A stretch of DNA of 64,000 bases, from the IMG/VR virus record IMGVR_UViG_3300029206_000002. One strand, given 5' to 3'. A model generated the notes under the pieces. That model did no database searches. It was not told the origin of the DNA and was given only the letters and a program-made list of their open reading frames with translations. Source of the DNA: a virus. The translations under genes were made by a program, and so were the position numbers. Position 1 is the stretch's first letter; every line of letters starts with the position of its first letter. Shown here one piece after another: positions 48,479 to 59,410 of this stretch.

Positions 48479-50632
48479 TTAAAACAACGTTAGTTGTCTT
48501 GGTTTTAATTCTTCAACGATCTTTAACGCTTCCTTTAAATAGTAGCGATAATTGATCTTTCTTTCTTCTATAGGTTTATTATCAAATTTATTTAGTATAG
48601 TAACACCAGATGCAGTAAGTAGATTAGTATAGTCTACTCTAGTACCTTTAGTTATAATCTTTGAACTATAAGGTAATATCTGTTCTACATTAGAATTATA
48701 GTAAAACTGATTTGAATCTGTAGTTATTATACTTTCTCCTGTTTTGAGACATACAAGATATTGCGGTATCTCAACATCTCTATTTACTATTTTACATTTA
48801 TATAAATAAGGACCATTAGTAGATGCATAGAATCTATTGATTCTTTGTATCAGTTCTCCATTATATTCTACAGAGAATTTCTTATCTACTTTCTGGTAAG
48901 TAAGGAACTTCTTAATATCTTTACAATTGTAGATAGTATCTTTTACAGGAATACCATCAACAAAATAATCTCTAATAGCTTCTGGAATAATCTTTGCAGA
49001 CATTCCCTTACCAAGTAAAACCTTAGTAATAAACATACCTTTTTCTTTAATATAATCATCTTTAATCATATCTAAAGAAGTATAAGGCTTCTTTTTTTTA
49101 TTTAGAGCTTTTTCTGGTTCAGTTTCAAACAATTTCTTCATTGCTTGATAACCTTCTTTTACAGCTATATAATCATTAATAGCATACTGATACATAGCTT
49201 CAAAACGATCTTCCTCTAGGGTTAGTCTCGTTTGTTGTTCCCATTCCTTACATATACTTTGTAATTTTTCATACAGATTCTTCTTAAGAAGAACAAATAA
49301 ACCATCTGTATTTGCCTGTACTATTCTACAGCCAATATCAGATAATCTTTCTGCTAACATAAGTAGTAGTAATTGTCCGTTTATTCTAATCTGCATTACT
49401 GCAAATGGACTATAACAGAAATTATGTTCATTCTGTAGATTACCACTAAGACCATTTAATGCTAACTTAAGAGTTTTATCTTTAGTCTTAATACCGTTAT
49501 GTTTTGCTTCTATTCGTTCATCTTTAACTTGATTATAAACTTCTAGAAATTCAGGACCCAAATGTTTTGGGTAGAATTTATACTCTATTATCATACTAGG
49601 ATACAGAGATGCAACATCAATATCTATTAACATTTCATCTTCCCTAGGAACAATTATCTCAGGTTTATTTTCAGAGTGAATACCACCAACTCCTACAGAA
49701 TATTTTAATCCTCTAAATACGAATTTGTTTTCATATCCTTTTCTACCTGGTGATACTATCTGTTTCTTCATATCAGATAGTACATTACGAAGTATAGGAT
49801 CTTTATATTCTATATAAGGCAATATTACTTTGTTTAGGTCTATAACATCTGCTGGGCTTCTTAAATCTTTAATATCCCACCATGATAAACCAGTCTTTTC
49901 AAGATATTTCTGCGTTAGAATTTTCATTCCAATGTTTACTCCATCTTTACTTAGTACTCTTACTTTATATTCATCTTCGATAGCTATTCTTAATTCTATA
50001 TCTTCAGAACACAGATTTAATAATTTTTCAGTAGAATTAACGTCATTCACATTATACTCAATCATCTCTTCTATTCTATCTTCTTCTAGAAACTTATTAA
50101 AGTCTCCATTAAATTCTAGAACATTAGGATATTGCATAGTTACTTGCATTTCCTTCAATCCAACACGCAATTTCTGTGAATATAACATAGTAAGTATATC
50201 AAATGAATCATACCATACTTGATATTTCCATTTTTTCCACGCTTCTATGTTGTCATCTGCTTGAGATGTAGTTATAGTTCTACTTAAGTTAAAAATACTA
50301 TCACATATTCTTAGATATGGTTTATTTTTAAGTATATCATAATAATCTATTATATAGTTAATAATAGGATTATCATAATGTAAATTATTATATCCTGCAA
50401 AGATTTTATTTGAATCAATTTGAGTTTCAGTAGTATAGAGATCTCCAAATTTTAATGGTGCATTAATATTTGGTACACGAAAGAAATCAACTAATTCTGA
50501 TAATTGATCTTTTCTGCTTGATATCTCAAATTTATGAAACTTCCCTGATTCAGTATTCTTTGCTGTGCAATGAAATACATTTGGGAAAACTTCAATATCA
50601 TAGACATATACTGTTTTTCCTCTTATCTTCAT
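48479..50632 (-). CDS. Family B DNA polymerase.
   Basis: Exo I YDIEVFPN, Exo II YNNLHYDNPII, Exo III YNVNDV, motif A DVASLYPS, motif B KLALNGLSG and motif C ANTDG are all present in the canonical order. Confidence 0.8.
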   Translation of the reverse strand: MKIRGKTVYVYDIEVFPNVFHCTAKNTESGKFHKFEISSRKDQLSELVDFFRVPNINAPLKFGDLYTTETQIDSNKIFAGYNNLHYDNPIINYIIDYYDILKNKPYLRICDSIFNLSRTITTSQADDNIEAWKKWKYQVWYDSFDILTMLYSQKLRVGLKEMQVTMQYPNVLEFNGDFNKFLEEDRIEEMIEYNVNDVNSTEKLLNLCSEDIELRIAIEDEYKVRVLSKDGVNIGMKILTQKYLEKTGLSWWDIKDLRSPADVIDLNKVILPYIEYKDPILRNVLSDMKKQIVSPGRKGYENKFVFRGLKYSVGVGGIHSENKPEIIVPREDEMLIDIDVASLYPSMIIEYKFYPKHLGPEFLEVYNQVKDERIEAKHNGIKTKDKTLKLALNGLSGNLQNEHNFCYSPFAVMQIRINGQLLLLMLAERLSDIGCRIVQANTDGLFVLLKKNLYEKLQSICKEWEQQTRLTLEEDRFEAMYQYAINDYIAVKEGYQAMKKLFETEPEKALNKKKKPYTSLDMIKDDYIKEKGMFITKVLLGKGMSAKIIPEAIRDYFVDGIPVKDTIYNCKDIKKFLTYQKVDKKFSVEYNGELIQRINRFYASTNGPYLYKCKIVNRDVEIPQYLVCLKTGESIITTDSNQFYYNSNVEQILPYSSKIITKGTRVDYTNLLTASGVTILNKFDNKPIEERKINYRYYLKEALKIVEELKPRQLTLF

Positions 50633-50647
50633 AGCGTATAAATTTAG

Positions 50648-50760
50648 TGGAGTATATGGGAATCGAACCCATGATGCCGATTGGTTGCAGCACTATAAAT
50701 AGTGTATTAGAGTCTCTCTAATATTCCTCCCTGTACCCTGCGCTTGCCTACTAGCTGAAT
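50648..50760 (-). ncRNA. tRNA-like element with the T-arm ATGGG TTCGATT CCCAT and an acceptor strand ending near CCA. The 5' half is atypical.
   Basis: Canonical T-loop on the minus strand in the polB upstream spacer. The only complementary 5' strand (ggggtat) lies about 115 nt upstream, implying an insertion or an aberrant structure. Confidence 0.3.
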
Positions 50761-50811
50761 ACCCCATGAGGCAGGATTCTTTATAGACTATCCTGCTAAA
50801 AGTCTGTCGCT

Positions 50812-51531
50812 CTACGCTGCTTGCTTTATCTCTGGCAAATGTTTAGCAAAGCATTTCTTTTCTAAAGTTGCTCTATCTACTATTGTAATAGACTCATAAT
50901 TACTATACTTATCAGATAACTTTGTATTTAGTTTAGTAACTACTTCGGTAAGTTGTTCAATGGGTAGATTAGAGTAGCTTGTTTTAAACTCTTTATCGTT
51001 TGTAGTAGCTATAACTACTTTATACGGTCTTTGTTCTAAATACTGTAGCTTCTTAGACATCTTGAACTCTGCAAGTTGTTTAGCTACTTTCTTAATTTTC
51101 TCTTCATGAGCGGCTTTATAAGCTTGTTGTTTAGCAATACGTTCTGCTTTATTGCTACCATATAGATTCTGTACCAGTTCTTTATGGTAACCAGAATAAG
51201 GACGTTCTTCTAATAACTGTTTTTTATCCTTCTTATCAGACACCTGTATAGGTTTCTTAGGAATACTAGCTATACCTTTTTTAGCTTCATGATACTCCTT
51301 TCGTGCATTAGTAGCTTCAGGAGTCCACTTATAAGTATATACTTCTCTACTTACTATCTTATCATGACGACGAGTAGTTACAAATTCCTTTGTCATAGGC
51401 TTAATATTTTCTGACAAAGATATCCCTTTACTACACATAGTTTTATAATCTGAGGACTTAGTTAATCCATAACGTTTCTGTAAGTTTTGCTGGTATTTAG
51501 CATTTTTCTTATTTCTAGTTTCTTGATTCAT
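50812..51531 (-). CDS. Basic hypothetical protein of 239 aa. Its stop codon is TAG.
   Basis: Intact ORF. It terminates at TAG (plus-strand cta at 50812-50814). Confidence 0.5.
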   Translation of the reverse strand: MNQETRNKKNAKYQQNLQKRYGLTKSSDYKTMCSKGISLSENIKPMTKEFVTTRRHDKIVSREVYTYKWTPEATNARKEYHEAKKGIASIPKKPIQVSDKKDKKQLLEERPYSGYHKELVQNLYGSNKAERIAKQQAYKAAHEEKIKKVAKQLAEFKMSKKLQYLEQRPYKVVIATTNDKEFKTSYSNLPIEQLTEVVTKLNTKLSDKYSNYESITIVDRATLEKKCFAKHLPEIKQAA

Positions 51532-51629
51532 AACAATTGATTTTAATAGTTAAAAACTAAAGGAAGCTAAATAGGTTAATATTTTAAGATTTCCCGTACG
51601 TACTCTCCCTATCGCTTCCTTGTTATATT

Positions 51630-52124
51630 TTAAGCAGCTAAGCACATTGGAGCAGCAGAATCATCAAATTCTGTTTCTTCATTGAACTTAGTAAGTTTCT
51701 CTTTTAATTTCAGAATCTCTAAATCGAGTTCTTTTATTCGTGCTTTAACCCAGTTTGAAGTTAAAACTTCAGTCTTATTCAGAGCTTTTTTACCTTTCTT
51801 AGACTTAAGAACAGGGTTCAAAGTTCGTATACGACTTAGATGTACTTTCATTTCTTGCAATTCACATAGCTTAAATACATCCAATTGATTACAATCAGCT
51901 GGCAAATCACTAAATTTCTTTATACCCATATTGATACATAGTATCTTTAATTTAACAATTACTCGATCATCTGTAAGACCTTTAATTGTATTATAAAGTT
52001 CTTTCAAATCGTAAGTACGCTGATAATTACGATTTACTACATTCTCAATAGAAATAATATTCCAATACTTAGTAATATCTGCTGATAGTTTATCACGCTG
52101 TTCAATAAATTTATTTGCTTTCAT
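51630..52124 (-). CDS. Hypothetical protein of 164 aa.
   Basis: Intact ORF. Confidence 0.45.
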   Translation of the reverse strand: MKANKFIEQRDKLSADITKYWNIISIENVVNRNYQRTYDLKELYNTIKGLTDDRVIVKLKILCINMGIKKFSDLPADCNQLDVFKLCELQEMKVHLSRIRTLNPVLKSKKGKKALNKTEVLTSNWVKARIKELDLEILKLKEKLTKFNEETEFDDSAAPMCLAA

Positions 52125-52393
52125 ATATACTTGATTTTAATAATTTGACAATTAGTTAATTACATAGTATATTAGAAAGTCTACCTGTGTAGTTAATAGA
52201 CCGATCAAAGTCTAATAACTTAAAATATCAGCTATCTTCACAGACCGCTGATATGAATAACAATAAAATTAAGAAATAAGACAGACAAGATCAAAGAGTT
52301 AGCGCCTCTGTCACATCTCGATACGGCATCCGATTCTTCTTCTCTCGGCTTTCCAACACTTAGTTACCTTAGTAACATTATCAGAGGCAAGTA

Positions 52394-52437
52394 AGTAAGA
52401 GTATATACGAACCCAACCAAATGTATATACTCTTACT
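52394..52437. promoter_or_regulatory. Perfect 14-bp inverted repeat (agtaagagtatata / tatatactcttact) with a 16-nt loop, overlapping a 26-bp direct repeat (copy 1 at 52405-52430, copy 2 at 52473-52498).
   Basis: Read directly. Located in the spacer between two minus-strand genes. Confidence 0.5.
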
Positions 52438-52501
52438 GATTTTATGTTGATTTTCAATTATTTTCTACTCAATACGAACCCAACCAAATGTATATATTCG
52501 A

Positions 52502-53041
52502 TTATAAATCTCCTTCAACATGTAAACTGACAGGTATTCTTTCATACCCAAAATCTATGCAAGCATTTGCTACCCCAACCATTTTGCGTCGCTTGCTGTT
52601 GTTACCCATATTTTTATCAAAGCCTGGGTCATCTTTTGTAATATCATAGGTCAATTTCAATGGACTGTTTTCATCAAGTAATGTACAGTAATACAATAAT
52701 AACTCGATTACTTTTTCTTTTTCATCTTTCTTAAGTACTTTATCAATTGCTTCTGTCAGAAACCCAACCAAACCTGACTTATCACAATTGTTACTTTCTA
52801 CACCTGTGATGATAAAAGCTATTCTTTGTACTAAACTAAAAAAGTCTATTACATAATAGGAATTAAACCACTTATTTACCCAACCATATTTGTGGCGTCC
52901 TATTAATACTGTTCCATCATATCCAACTTTAATTGTTTTGCTCCCATCCATTAGCAAATTATTTTGAATACGAGGATCAGACATAATTAGCTGTAACATC
53001 TGCAAGTGATATGAATCTATTGGCTTTTTATTTGTTGCCAT
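52502..53041 (-). CDS. Hypothetical protein of 179 aa.
   Basis: Intact ORF. Confidence 0.45.
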   Translation of the reverse strand: MATNKKPIDSYHLQMLQLIMSDPRIQNNLLMDGSKTIKVGYDGTVLIGRHKYGWVNKWFNSYYVIDFFSLVQRIAFIITGVESNNCDKSGLVGFLTEAIDKVLKKDEKEKVIELLLYYCTLLDENSPLKLTYDITKDDPGFDKNMGNNSKRRKMVGVANACIDFGYERIPVSLHVEGDL

Positions 53042-53063
53042 AGCTTTATGTACTTAAGATTAA

Positions 53064-53642
53064 TTACTCGTCAATGCTCTTGTAGTAAGCAGTAGTGTCG
53101 TCCTTAGTAATCTTATTGATTTGTTCCAGAGAAGCTCCCTGATTTGCCAATTCATCAATAAAATTGTTAAGATCAGTCAAATTACTCTGATTCAACTGAG
53201 TGACAACTTCTGTTACCATCTTAACATTCCAGAACGGAGACCGTTCTCCAGTTGCTTCAAACTTCAAGATAGCATCTTGAACATCTTTCGGACCAGCTTT
53301 CAATACGATATCTACATCTGCCCGTAAATCAAACTGCAACTTTTCGTCATTATTAAACATAATAACAATCTTACCATTTGCAGTCCGCACGATATCTACG
53401 TTGAACAAATCAACAGTTTCAATCATATACTTCTTCATCGGATTTGCAAGTACAAGACCCGGCATATCACCAGCTAGTTTCTTCTTGTAATTCAAATCCA
53501 AATAATCACTTACGGGGATTGCCAACCGCCGACCAACTAAAGCACGGCTAAACGCAATTACTTTAGTACGTAACTGAGTAATTTCTTGCTGAGTAAAACC
53601 TTCTGGATTTTTGAACACGCTTTCATATTTTGTTGTTTCCAT
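53064..53642 (-). CDS. Hypothetical protein of 192 aa.
   Basis: Intact ORF. Confidence 0.45.
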   Translation of the reverse strand: METTKYESVFKNPEGFTQQEITQLRTKVIAFSRALVGRRLAIPVSDYLDLNYKKKLAGDMPGLVLANPMKKYMIETVDLFNVDIVRTANGKIVIMFNNDEKLQFDLRADVDIVLKAGPKDVQDAILKFEATGERSPFWNVKMVTEVVTQLNQSNLTDLNNFIDELANQGASLEQINKITKDDTTAYYKSIDE

Positions 53643-55795
53643 AATTTCTCCTTTCTTGATTCCGTGGTTGATTCCACCTATGGAGTAAGTTAATACTAAG
53701 TTAATTTAAAAAGTAAGCTATAGAGTTCTTTTATCTAAGTGGAATAGCATCTAATATCTATTCGTTTATTAAAAACTTAAAAACCACTTCTTGTATTCAA
53801 ACAGTAAAACTCTATAACGAAATTCTGCTAAGATTTGATAAGTAATCTGAAAAACTATAAGATAAGCTTTCGTATTATTAACATTACTACTAGAACGTGA
53901 TGTTATTACTTCACTCGGCATTCCCCGTAGGACTTTACTCATGAGACAGATGAGTCAGCCGTTCTTCATAAAATTATCAATACTAAACTATGAAAAGATA
54001 TGTAATTCGACATCTGAAAATCGAATGCTATGCTAGTTAATACCTAAAAAGGTACAACGGGACTCCAACGGTAGGAGATTTATACCCATCAAATAACATT
54101 ATAACTGAAATTATCTGAAAATCGAATGCTATGCTAGTTTCTGATTGTTTAAAGAGCCTAACAGTAACTATAACGTGCTCTTTTTCCTGTTATAGTAAGG
54201 AGTACTGTATATGGTTCATAACCTACAACTGTTACTTCACTATCGGTAATACTTCTACCGAATTTTATTTTGAGCTGTTTATGTTTCAAAACACCCACTC
54301 TATAGCCTAATAGTTTATTCTAAGGCTGCGTGTACTTACGACTTTGTTCTTATTCTGCACATAACTTTAGGATTTCCACCTATCATCCTTTAATGTAAGG
54401 AATCAGCGTCACTTTACATATATTGTTGCGCAATATACTTTAAATGTTTCAAATGTCAGCAATTATATTGTACAGTCGAGGGTGGCTCGGATTTACTTTC
54501 GTCTTCTTATCACTACTCGTCCTAAAACCTACCATTGAACTTCCTCATTAGTTAAATTAAACATGTTTATTCTCTCGTGAATAGAGACTTCCTAAATAGA
54601 TTTACATTCTGTCACTTCCCGTTAAGACTACTATTTAGTGCAATGCACAGATTTTTCTCCGGTCTGCTTCGTGTCCGTCTCTTAATGTGTCTGCTTCTCT
54701 TCAACCTAGGAGTAGGGCGATGCTCACTTTCACATATACTCTTAAGGATAGAGTATCGCACCTTGTGCAAATTTGATAAAACTCCAGTTATGCTTCTGGA
54801 TAAAATTATTTAGTACTTCTAAGCTTTATGTCTTCCGCTTAGTATTGAAATAGTGTTATTGCGCACTTCATCCGCTAGTTATCTTTATGTTCCTGTTGCA
54901 AAGCACTCTAGGTTTATACTCAGATAAGATAACAACTGAGTTTATTATAATACTACTTGAATTCACATACTCCTTATTTCCTAAAGAGGTCCGTTGCAGG
55001 ATTCCTTATTTATTAATATCGGATCATTGCTACTCAGCCAATAGGCACACAATCTACTACTCACTTTGTCACTCTATCCCTCTATACTGGAGTGTATAGT
55101 AATACAAGCTTAGGATTAGCTATGTACTGATTAACATAACATTGTGCATAGGCTTTACGCCTAATCCAGGTAATCTATCAATATTTTTTCAATAAGTAGT
55201 GCTATAATATTATAATTAAGTACCTTCATATATACTATCTCTAAACTTATTAAGTTACAATATAACTGTTTAGATAAGTATAGAACACTATACTGACATT
55301 TTTATATAGTCTATGCTATAAAGGGGAGTTTGGAGCTACCCTAGAGCGTTATATGCTCGATAATGTTCAGCACGTAGTCTTGGACACTACGATTTGTTGG
55401 GCATCATCGTGTTTATTACTCCTTCTTGATTCAAACTATGATAAGTCTGCGAGTAACTTAAGAGGATTTCGTTCCCCTTGTACTGTTTAATTTTGTAGAC
55501 TGCTCTCTACTAATTGCGTCTTCTGTTTCTGTCTCCAGTCGGTTCTCACCAAAAACAAGAGGGTTGTACACGCTCTCCCTCTATCTTATTGCCTCTTCAG
55601 TTTATAGATAGTATATAAACACAATAAGTTATTATACTTTCAGTAATAGCCTATAGTTGTAGCTATACTCTATTCCTACTAATATTCTGTACTATCTTAA
55701 TTTTAAGAAAGCAATCTAACCATTTACTTTCTAATCCTTTGATTTAGATATCTCTGGATATACACCATTATAGCTCTATAATCGCATTGGCTGTT
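53643..55795 (-). other. 2.15-kb ORF-free region. The plus strand is pyrimidine-rich, so the minus-strand transcript would be purine-rich. Internal 27-bp direct repeats sit at 54012-54038 and 54113-54139. It is a candidate large noncoding RNA or regulatory/origin region.
   Basis: No ORF of 60 aa or more on the minus strand. Eye translation finds all three stop types in every frame. The GC content is higher than in the flanking sequence. Confidence 0.4.
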
Positions 55796-56194
55796 CTAGT
55801 TGCGACTCAGATTTATCTTCTCTGATTGTTGTTGTTTCAGTCTTTGGAGAATATCCGTACAAGTGGTTTTATTCTCTTTAACTGATGGCAGTTCTCTTAC
55901 CTTAATGTATTTAGGTACTTCCTTCTCTACAACAGAAGTTAGATAGATGATACTGTCTTTCTTTTTGATTTCAACATTGATATTTTGTTCTGGGTTGCTT
56001 TGTCCATTTAATTTTATAGCGTTATTGTTCAAATTAATATCAATATTAAAGTCTTTTGTCCGAGGTACATCTGTGAACTTCGGAATCACATACTCGTGTG
56101 CGGTGGCGGTATTTGTATAGTTAGTTACAAATCCTACATATCCACCGAAAGCTAGCATTGCTAGCGTAAACAAAACTGTTGGTTTTTTACTCAT
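55796..56194 (-). CDS. Small secreted or membrane-anchored protein of 132 aa. Its stop codon is TAG.
   Basis: N-terminal hydrophobic segment MSKKPTVLFTLAMLAFGGYVGFV. The stop is TAG. Confidence 0.5.
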   Translation of the reverse strand: MSKKPTVLFTLAMLAFGGYVGFVTNYTNTATAHEYVIPKFTDVPRTKDFNIDINLNNNAIKLNGQSNPEQNINVEIKKKDSIIYLTSVVEKEVPKYIKVRELPSVKENKTTCTDILQRLKQQQSEKINLSRN

Positions 56195-56213
56195 TTTGAT
56201 AATGCGTTAGTTG

Positions 56214-57929
56214 TTACTTTTTAGTAGCATACGCAGATTTCTCAATATAGAAAGTAAGAGGATTCAAAGAGGTTGATGTGTACAAGCTAGATACTTTCTG
56301 CATTACTTGTTTCAACATCTTGTCATTCATTTCTGCTCCATAAGCAATCCGCAGATTGTTTACAGTCTTTATTGCTGAAATGTGTTTACCTTTAAGATTC
56401 AGACCCTTGATTTCTGGATATACAAGTTTGTCTTCATCTTTACCTTCGTTATTAGCAGAAGTAATAATACGATTGATCAGATCGTCATTAGTTCCACTAA
56501 TTAATTGAGAATACCGTTTTGCTTCTTCTTCGTAGTTATTGTTTTTTGCAGTTTCATCAGCAATCTTCTTAGCTAAGAATACTTTCACAACATTAGCAAC
56601 TTGCGCATCGTTGTATGTTGTTAATTGATTCTTAAGCCAAGCATGAGATGCTAAAACTGACAAATTACCAGTTAAATTACCCCAAATAGCATTCGCACAA
56701 CCTTCAAGCAATGTAGCGTTTCGTCCTGCTTCCTTCATCTTAAGTAATACAGTTGCTAATACTTGTGCTGGTTCTGCATCTTTGTCAAGTTTATAGGCTT
56801 CCCGTGCAAATTCAATCATATTTGCTACGTTCTTACCTATACCTCCTGACTTCTGCTTGTGTCGCATGTTCATAATAGTACACATTGCTGCTACTTTCTG
56901 TTCATCTGTGACACATTCTTCAGGTTTTGGCATTTCCTGAGTCTGCGGAACTTTAGCATCTTGTTCTAAAGCTTTTTGCATTTCAGGATTTGTCTTTGCG
57001 ACAGCATCTTTGAAGTTAATCTCGAGCTGTCCATCAGATGTTTTGCTAGGAAGCAAATTAACACCGAGGAACAAAGAAGCTGTTTCATTCAAATATGCAA
57101 ACATTTCTTCGTTCACAGTAAAACCTTGTTCTTTTGCATCATTCTTGAACTGGTCATTCCATTTCTGAATTAATACAAACATCATAAGGTCTGCCTGTTT
57201 TCCTGTTGCTTGATACATTGCCCGATCATCTTTAATCTCTTCACGGCGTTTCAGAATTGCGTTCATCAAATCTACTGAGTGATTTGCATCAATTCTGTCA
57301 CTGTTCTGAGTTACAATGTTGGGCGCAGGAGCTGCGGCTGTTTTAATAGTAGGAGTATTGTTGATGTCAATTTCTTCAGCTTCTACTTCTTCTATCTTCT
57401 CCTTCTTCGACTTCTGCTGTTTAGGTTTCTTTTCAGTAGATGCGGGTTTAGGATCTTCCTTCTTTGGTTCTTCAACTGGTTTAGTTTCAGGAACTTTAGC
57501 AGGAATAGGATTCTTAATTCCTTCCTTAATCCGTTTAACGTCAATTCCGTCTCCCTTCTTTACATTAGATACTGGGAAGAGGACACTAGTAGTTTCACTA
57601 GTTTCGTTGTTCTTCCACTCGGCTTTGATATTTTCAATGCCTTTACTGTCTTTCTCAATCTTAAGAGAAAGTAGACTCATATACGGTGATTTTGTGCACA
57701 ACATATGAGTTTCATATGCTGATTTACCCATTGGAGTCTGATAAACGCCGCCTTTCTTTCGTTCAGCTGGTTTCTCTTCAGGCTTCTTTTCTTCTGGTTT
57801 AGAATCTTCTACTTTTGTTGTTTCTACTTTAGCTGAAGCTTCTACTGCTTCTTTAGCTTTTTTCAAAGCTTCTAAGTTTCTTGCTGCTTTTGCACTTGGA
57901 GTCTTTCCACCTTTATTTCTTTTTGCCAT
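56214..57929 (-). CDS. Hypothetical protein of 571 aa with a Lys/Glu/Pro-rich low-complexity N-terminal half.
   Basis: Intact ORF. Confidence 0.5.
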   Translation of the reverse strand: MAKRNKGGKTPSAKAARNLEALKKAKEAVEASAKVETTKVEDSKPEEKKPEEKPAERKKGGVYQTPMGKSAYETHMLCTKSPYMSLLSLKIEKDSKGIENIKAEWKNNETSETTSVLFPVSNVKKGDGIDVKRIKEGIKNPIPAKVPETKPVEEPKKEDPKPASTEKKPKQQKSKKEKIEEVEAEEIDINNTPTIKTAAAPAPNIVTQNSDRIDANHSVDLMNAILKRREEIKDDRAMYQATGKQADLMMFVLIQKWNDQFKNDAKEQGFTVNEEMFAYLNETASLFLGVNLLPSKTSDGQLEINFKDAVAKTNPEMQKALEQDAKVPQTQEMPKPEECVTDEQKVAAMCTIMNMRHKQKSGGIGKNVANMIEFAREAYKLDKDAEPAQVLATVLLKMKEAGRNATLLEGCANAIWGNLTGNLSVLASHAWLKNQLTTYNDAQVANVVKVFLAKKIADETAKNNNYEEEAKRYSQLISGTNDDLINRIITSANNEGKDEDKLVYPEIKGLNLKGKHISAIKTVNNLRIAYGAEMNDKMLKQVMQKVSSLYTSTSLNPLTFYIEKSAYATKK

Positions 57930-57997
57930 ATTGATTATGTTTTAAATAAATTAATAACTTAACAATTAATACACTCAAATTATGAAATTAAGTGCAG

Positions 57998-58348
57998 TCA
58001 ACTGTCATCTTCTATCTCTGCATTGTTAGGCATGGTAGGTATATCTTCTCTATCGGTTGTTACTAACGTCTCACCTCCGTCTTCCTGACCCATTTCATAA
58101 GATTGGTTATCTACTGTCCCTACAAAAGCAGTAGAACCTTGAGATGTGGGATTAGGAGCCATAGTAACAACTAACTCTTGAGAAGGAGTATCTGAGGTAT
58201 TTGCAACTACCTTTTTTACTCCAGTACCTACAACAAAGCCTAGTAAAAGTACGCATACTAAGAATACGTACAAACTAGCACTTTTACACATTCTAGAAAT
58301 GATAAAAGATGCTAATGCTCCTAAAAGGAGTAAACAAAAACTAGTCAT
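57998..58348 (-). CDS. Small membrane protein of 116 aa.
   Basis: Two hydrophobic helices. Confidence 0.4.
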   Translation of the reverse strand: MTSFCLLLLGALASFIISRMCKSASLYVFLVCVLLLGFVVGTGVKKVVANTSDTPSQELVVTMAPNPTSQGSTAFVGTVDNQSYEMGQEDGGETLVTTDREDIPTMPNNAEIEDDS

Positions 58349-58365
58349 ATTGTTGAAAGTATTTG

Positions 58366-58911
58366 TTAATAATCTGTTTTCTGTTTAAGTTTTTGTCTTG
58401 CTTTGTTTAAATCACCTTTTACAGCTAATTCATTCATTGCAAGCTTACTGGCTATCTCTTTATAAGACATACCATCTATACGAGCATTAATTAAATCTCT
58501 ATATTTCTTCTTAAGAGTAGGTATAGCTTGTAAGACTATATCTAATTTTTCCTTTAGAATTAAATCTTCTTCAGGACTTCTCTCTAAAGCAGATAGTTGA
58601 ATTGGATTTTCATCCTCATCAACATAGTTATTTAATTGCTCTTTTTTGTTTCTACGTATATAGTCTATTGATGCATTAACAGCAATAGTCTTTAACCACA
58701 TATTAAATGAAATATGTTGAGTATACATAGATAATTTCTCATAAGCTTTAGTAAATACTACTGATGTTAAATCATCAGCAACATCTGTATTCTTAACTAC
58801 ACCCATAATAGTGTACCAAATATCAGTTTTATACTTATAGTATAACTTACTAAATGCTTTTTGAGAACCTTGTTTAGCTTGCTCCACTAGATCTATTATT
58901 TCTTGTGTCAT
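58366..58911 (-). CDS. RNA polymerase sigma factor, ECF/sigma-70-like with regions 2 and 4.
   Basis: YYKYKTDIWYTIMGVVKN...DDLTSVVFTKAYEK resembles region 2. YKEIASKLAMNELAVKGDLNKARQKLKQ resembles the region 4 helix-turn-helix. Confidence 0.55.
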   Translation of the reverse strand: MTQEIIDLVEQAKQGSQKAFSKLYYKYKTDIWYTIMGVVKNTDVADDLTSVVFTKAYEKLSMYTQHISFNMWLKTIAVNASIDYIRRNKKEQLNNYVDEDENPIQLSALERSPEEDLILKEKLDIVLQAIPTLKKKYRDLINARIDGMSYKEIASKLAMNELAVKGDLNKARQKLKQKTDY

Positions 58912-58963
58912 ATAGCTAAATTTTAGTGGATTGTAGTTAACCCAATAACTACAATCCTTAAAT

Positions 58964-59410
58964 TCAGAAGGGAAGTTTTATAATTTCTTTGCAATAATAA
59001 TTATTTACTGCTAGACATCTTTTATAGAATACATCTGAGATATGTTCTCTCCATTCTTCTTTCTCTTCTTCATTGAGAGGATATGCCATTTTCAATGACA
59101 TATTAATAGCAATCCTTACTCTTACTAATCTTGTTTGAAGACTTAATATTTTATCTTCTAATAGATTATTAAGAATATCCATCCATAGTCTTCTATTTAT
59201 CCACTTATTGATACTTAGACAAGTGTTACTAGTAACTATCTTAGATTTTAAATCAGGTGGTATATTTGCCCAATCATCTAATACACTATCTGCATATCCT
59301 AATACTTTAGTATCAAAATTAGCAGAAGATACAATCTTGTCTAAAGTAAACCTATAAGGTTCCTCTAATTCAGCATTGAGTGCTTCAATAAGTCTCTTAA
59401 AATCGCTCAT
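58964..59410 (-). CDS. Hypothetical protein of 148 aa.
   Basis: Intact ORF. Confidence 0.4.
   Translation of the reverse strand: MSDFKRLIEALNAELEEPYRFTLDKIVSSANFDTKVLGYADSVLDDWANIPPDLKSKIVTSNTCLSINKWINRRLWMDILNNLLEDKILSLQTRLVRVRIAINMSLKMAYPLNEEEKEEWREHISDVFYKRCLAVNNYYCKEIIKLPF

Noticed and set aside
54577-55099. The + strand ORFs 54577..54813 and 54887..55099 inside the ORF-free island.
   Set aside because: They are Leu/Phe/Arg-rich and of low complexity, lie on the pyrimidine-rich strand, and have no start context. They are likely spurious.
56976-57708. + strand ORFs 56976..57173, 57279..57674 and 57316..57708.
   Set aside because: They are antisense to the 571-aa gene 56214..57929. They mirror its K/E/P repeats as F/L/S repeats.
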